Assembly (NCBI GenBank): GCA_964634945.1
Contig: CAZWMG010000001.1
Span: forward strand, 116,825-180,824
Source of the DNA: an uncultured Planctomycetia bacterium
GTDB lineage: Bacteria; Omnitrophota; Gorgyraeia; JABMRG01
Direction: 5' to 3'
Length of the DNA: 64,000 nucleotides
The translations under genes were made by a program, and so were the position numbers. How positions within the stretch are numbered: the stretch's first letter is position 1; every line of letters starts with the position of its first letter. This document shows, piece by piece, positions 62,901 to 64,000 of the stretch. The notes beneath the pieces were generated by a model. It saw only the letters and a program-made list of their open reading frames with translations, was not told the origin of the DNA and ran no database searches.

Positions 62901-64000
62901 GTAAAGTTCATATTTTCTGCTATATTCAGCTTCTCTAATGGTGTAAAGTTTCCGTTATTATCCAGCACGCCTCGTTCAATATGTTTTTCGCTGTCAGGGC
63001 CGTTTATCTTTGACCTGACTACCAAGCTGTCACCACCCTCTAGTGTTGACTTGACATTAATCATCTCAAGGAATACATGCATTTTTGAATCATCACTAGT
63101 AATAATATTAATCGCTCCATCAATATCCGCGTCCCAGGATACATGTTGCACCATGCCTGAGTCATTCTTAAAAGTAAGTGAGCCAGACCTAAACTCTACG
63201 CCGCCTGCTATGCTCATCTTCATGCCCTGCCCGAATAAGCTAATCTGGCCAGTTGAAATATCTAGCTTAAACTTAAGTATTGTTGCCTCGCCTGACTCCT
63301 TATCTATATACGCACCGATACGCAGGCTTCCATCAGATAGCTTATTTATAACATGGAATTGTGAGTTTATATCTTTTGCGTTAAGATCCTTACTGCCACC
63401 TTCTACCTTGGGAACATATGTAAACTCCGCTTCTTTACCAAACTGGGCGTATATACCGGTATCATCTATTACAAATTTACCTTCTACGCCATTCAATTTT
63501 AGAGTACACTCGGCTATCTTTAAAATATCCGCTTGGTCTATTGTCTGGAACGTACCATTTTCAGTTATTGTTATATGAACTGTTATATCCTGTCCGTTCA
63601 CATCTAATTCTAATGAGTCATCAGAACCAAGGAATTGTGAAATTATCTTCTGGCTTGTAAGTTTTGTATCGTAGCTAATCTGGCCAAGTCCGGTAGGCTT
63701 GAAGCCGTCCTTTGTCCAGCTTACACTTGTGGTTTTAGTGGATTTTGAATTGTCAAAGGTGTATTTATCATATGTTACAACACAGCCTGCGGCGATACTC
63801 ATGTTCATGCCCTGGCCAAACAGAGTTATTACTCCACCGGATAATATATCAAGCTTGAACTTTAACGTTCCGCTAGCTGAGGCGCCTATTAGGGTTACAC
63901 CGTCTTTTGTGCTTGATATTGCCTTGAATTCAGAGCTTATAACTTTCGCATTATCCGGAGTGCCGCCTTTTGTCTCTTTATACCATAGCTTCGCTTCCGG
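50969..64000 (-). CDS. giant multidomain protein, >4,343 aa, N-terminus beyond window. N-terminal beta-rich repeats, hydrophobic Ala/Ser-rich segment, coiled coils, embedded SecA-like DEAD motor, distinct C-terminal domain
   Basis: Track ORF 50969..63808 (4279 aa). I extended the frame by hand to position 64000 without a stop (64 further codons, PEAKLWYKETKGG...), so the 5' end is off-window. Internal motifs are described in findings. Confidence 0.8.
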   Translation of the reverse strand, partial: PEAKLWYKETKGGTPDNAKVISSEFKAISSTKDGVTLIGASASGTLKFKLDILSGGVITLFGQGMNMSIAAGCVVTYDKYTFDNSKSTKTTSVSWTKDGFKPTGLGQISYDTKLTSQKIISQFLGSDDSLELDVNGQDITVHITITENGTFQTIDQADILKIAECTLKLNGVEGKFVIDDTGIYAQFGKEAEFTYVPKVEGGSKDLNAKDINSQFHVINKLSDGSLRIGAYIDKESGEATILKFKLDISTGQISLFGQGMKMSIAGGVEFRSGSLTFKNDSGMVQHVSWDADIDGAINIITSDDSKMHVFLEMINVKSTLEGGDSLVVRSKINGPDSEKHIERGVLDNNGNFTPLEKLNIAENMNFTAKIAGREFNVTLTTGKRILFTTKLDKNSKDNLKVIFDGKEVNFADNLSSLTIELNKQGRFVLAEDLKSGGYVLSAGVTQIEMKDGDISIGLGTGYNENTNKIFIVKDNLDVTSEISYQGAKITLQQWHNESMSLSDFVLGYNKATKTIITFVSKQKLQEYLNDINISASAKKLITMLIELSTTIMYGKDGDNDLIAVQAVDSSKIIPYSVLIEKLEDRLSQIEVDLMVKEDWLMGADSDELSDAQRAAYAQEKVEILATIDKYKNTTDKDSEKYEQSFVVMPILCNPADQKISGTIGALFALLAGGIAQGKLDESDINAFLNTLTEQGLIDIENGQGLADMNPAQLAKLSVYMQSLVNASTKLFEEYESQKGIGSWFTDDPDNPYEFVSESLANNKVNAEDKGLWSAYKIAACMNQIFLENLEAEVDALTDEIKGLLQMVTLIDSDFYDKDQIADCKARIDAKKQNMQDGFGKYLNNIQNSEVSYNIQFQTAREKGAGIVSDKDGLSVTINFISDSPDSLMALSVLSGGHTIKITDFTYTGKEYRLSINLSTPNVTLSALGLTIGELNEKDSATIVPALQRTIAEVYVDATYDCMLTGQDRQDQIDKVSTELLSGMNALQLLEQADVLGMYIDENIAVTTYSSSGETTGDVAMQADIAIPNDIINVTVNSVSSSTGVITSSGMLKSYTYIRDGVLITASQTLTDMQGNQELVTATRTSDDSFIITSGQDNANISYDADTSILRLSIETKYWYQHITGNNETIYQMTSIDISTGQQSVLDSASEGALFAYRMGAAVSWAVYHLGSAIGYVAASVASLLNGESFDVDFTVTSIDDMYKIQNDSTYKYTLAGAEMLIDIALLAAGGIILRGIKSVLNIALKATTSIARTIGSIKSIEAVAKILNIAAKPLTYVGSKITTASTKVASAVTKAAAGEGIMAAASQRLIAASKVVASLSTKWAKHMYKHGIATVWNLTYGMSISLHLAGSMASAGLNTFGITDDFVANMRPGALKTIYGTMRQMGKGSVLNALAENLNPQRILFTAVFTALSPALVALGHRIANFTSNRVSGPFKDVAARTSSSWAMKFSITADSTLKSAISGGSFLNGALNAITFLTLVRLPQTIGRIIAKSFSAVSSFIQGKLAYLAEAPEATMLGKLGGFSSRIVGGIYEEAIKEVILARLFLSWMPEGLQEFVVEISDVLDGKSVGVSVKQFTDSATRVANNITKLCESINKASKKSIAGVYEDYAAQETFAGELTQARTVGMVKVAVKQVAAQAKAIDSQTATKAQQIELVDAAAKMELALSTLEQALPQMKQKLDASASDIKTLKVDIDNTRTGLRSIFANTTLNMTTSVEDSGQDVELSPQYNARFATSAAGVIGNVAKAAKDIKHNAARASLAESVKNIVQAADIAVEKISKINLDTAEIEFGGLASLVELKQLTEEIVLNKKDLKSLVDSDALDRIDMLEQALLSGTLKDVDSEIASKQALETVTQIEEETQEIVARASRLLVDSFKANGETKKELELESFEEYVQVIKNNPRATSAILKSIIDNAAAVQAASPANDININSALDSFLDFARLDTYVKNILRQALYEAMIHTESGQDDFDYIVAGLTNNEDEQKTIIEKRRFYQQFNNKFIKQMLRKLELTRTLTPEQNDFVEKAGEAIVNAVQKEASGAMELLDVADSKHSESRVKIVLFKDQMADMAKGISELTASFDELQKEIISARNDGNKTLQKAKEKEAATLQNQINERRSELNEKQVEYENLTEGSGDAYKAFVDRVKDIATGLSVTITKTDIKGNRNEVEEACLELDETEHATDDVQALAFGLAIANLLAARESALSNKEIGLRAKQQKFIKSLFEGKFGALSMAGGKTYAFAAEMCIESLIKGNDLAGMVILESPQAVDKYLNPLSDKDDGNKGLEHSQYTLLHGFGLKMVSGDKLIDDFKNASAEGKAGKRAAYKKVTEAFNDPNQVVIISREARGHLQNTIAHAENDELFNAVAKTNILRIDEFDSVLKVRDTFIEGGLAEKEVTAEKLEAIEKIFKIFKGGVLETKKGKKLNIRDLKGDVELFKSNYRNTGMAVCYDREFDAVYASRELQNELTKEGIKLSEVESVLRALNHRIGQDYLVTADKKIVPVGQGRAKYSSMFQDMGYVIAIALQHNKYINDTDDDSAIAELHRQITDNEEILVTGLTYNATNMQSTLREIFGMNSRAHVAGGSGTFFEVIAMLPAVTGIEIDFERSEIPVFTKDSDGNDIVYKMIDLVGVDDSALPGAIASANEKMSEYRELEIDNKTFGRIHPSHMLCKYADEKVLIAQIVSGAIESLRTQGGVAIYTANEDMRKRTQEELERRIKGDDILRKRLRDAIYKKLQRIIDEQNSVIEKLDKNDPNMKRKEENIKDLIEALGADQNRLDKDIVKYIVKDENNIVASNEDGDVNEIAKQAQRGHAVFINEGGLIGLNYNGDVDIHIVADELAEDLLLQGLYRVQRSESDIATRVIYVNKESLKKRLEYLRGNLTQLSNMISPEQYRQNDEFKNTKTLLDKFASSKDDIDGFIENDFQSATQLMLKVVGAIQMSKSNAYIITDVAQGYLVEAAKNLLRKYGSENPETAQTSEGKVLEKHLLKLLDKQSDQRSAALDLLDKPMDAEALITEIFNTNASIGVEFIKSLMEDMESVKTAESIRIVERELKPLLSEYEGVILRKSSGQAYESTFKDAETYSELYNAARRFIPYVLPSFSGDVAGAFRQTLTAAQARTARTLEAQDEDVEERTLTVDEVEIALKTAIKDAQDDIESAKGEGTVNASVDANAAVGQLVRFMRDNDMVDNDNNLTVRGMMVLEVAIKIISLKMALPPEEFQQIVKMLKDNDRSIKDDSEASIAVSVIGLIGTSNSLKDFDANGLYEIAKEYNALKKKFPGLEFTQTNLKKALLNTEEPLAARREFAKALVIAYNKGDIKSNEKFLKYLRRKVAIDDLEERIAITQYRIAEQKKESKKKELKKTLRMLKNRFRAKQIMFKVAKPSDEKIDIMVSDIAGDDVMTHLAIKAAISIEFAQDIDNTRMLTEDSYAFADNDQLFDMANATLKYARAKTKLEKKRERLLFASKIYRIKREKKSLEEELQALDLDDDVDKKRSMVIKAKILKLNKQLELIVEPLLKKNQELNEAATSYAKAYISIHNLNVKDINARITSFLKARSSSANEADIEANLTELYHDIKLDKVNNQDAYIDEFMKKHLANLDMKSGFYEEVQKVYRDFAQTATDSVLVKWAGDKLTISSNSARRDIKELINALNVAFSSMDSIKDYLSKKGNGEELTQLFDVLMDAAKNGSPDGVVVRMVKKTAGGSVAEKAQAERVVIFSEEGNIVARPTIALSRDFIKFAKAAIDHDATSGKIASGWLILEQMLHELSHFNDEISWLTTSLSKDLADEIKNKIIVDGLMSKILYDSPEFLETVDYLREKTVNSMGGAKGHYAYRLNTFTNVNEEGIRTRKTFDEIIEEVVEQSIEQFEDQAVSGNASDEYKEAVETLKNSQEKIANGIKDVKGEYKYSPEQMRTAITSLLSDILNIKPSYDMKEHKASIKARQAIVPQLVAAGLLDKTSQGNPKAVDGAFNRFIKLSKAAEKVSKAYEAALKDLPVEDGLEDAKAQSTQQAAARAKAEPVAQREVLRLKKEGVLKQKQFVRDVPLSVQLINMNNFIMQAYIEALDVAAGKEQGEDAQQPAATSGSKEPVSQTTTTDAPKISPEEKPSPDILKQSSSGLIEKGLSYTQTGSEPVSDSKSASAGIIIDVSEFGLDTAQTAVNIVNTVTTQGYKLPITAGQALVLESDTVTDMLAETLGVIINKMPNNVKETVSISVYGDNSAQAVSKLKEHGITVTTGLKKASTATIVYRYNKPASITADQTRFVQVEQSAGTANNIVTASQVVLAIFRVPFKQLAAFMNERGIEIGISNENWESMFGNSGSGTIRIKPIDNDEIKRINDLVAQNA

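Noticed and set aside
50969-64000. Giant ORF as an artefact (several genes fused by assembly or frame error)
   Set aside because: A single frame runs for 13 kb with no stops. GC content and codon usage are uniform, and there are no internal RBS-plus-start signatures at domain boundaries. Long-read confirmation is still advisable.

Overview
This is a 64-kb stretch of a low-GC bacterial chromosome. By eye the GC content is in the high 30s percent; I did not compute it. The organism is probably didermic: there is an outer-membrane beta-barrel-type protein ending in Phe, several lipobox lipoproteins and lgt. About 55 genes are present, nearly all on the minus strand. Most are conserved housekeeping genes: groES-groEL with a perfect CIRCE operator, dnaE, ppdK, recO-glyQ-glyS, aspS, hisS, era, nth, apt, a compact sigma-70 gene, HU/IHF, pgpH-ybeY-dgkA, spoVG, yraN-comM and lgt. 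There is one tRNA-Arg(CCU). Accessory and structural elements are: (i) a RAYT/IS200-like Y1 transposase gene bracketed by perfect 13-bp inverted repeats, a REPtron-like unit; (ii) a 29-bp GC-rich inverted-repeat pair between ppdK and the sigma gene; (iii) a tandem degenerate ~105-bp GC-hairpin repeat upstream of pgpH; (iv) paired 39-bp direct repeats plus a palindrome upstream of the groESL promoter. The standout feature is one uninterrupted minus-strand ORF from 50969 to the window edge, more than 4,343 codons, with its N-terminus beyond the window. It combines N-terminal ~180-aa beta-rich repeats, a hydrophobic Ala/Ser/Gly-rich segment with TM-like helices, long coiled-coil regions, and in its middle an apparently complete but divergent SecA-like DEAD motor. 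It is followed at 21 nt by a canonical PilZ (c-di-GMP receptor) gene, a small membrane-protein gene and lgt. I could not run searches, so all family assignments rest on motifs read directly from the translations.
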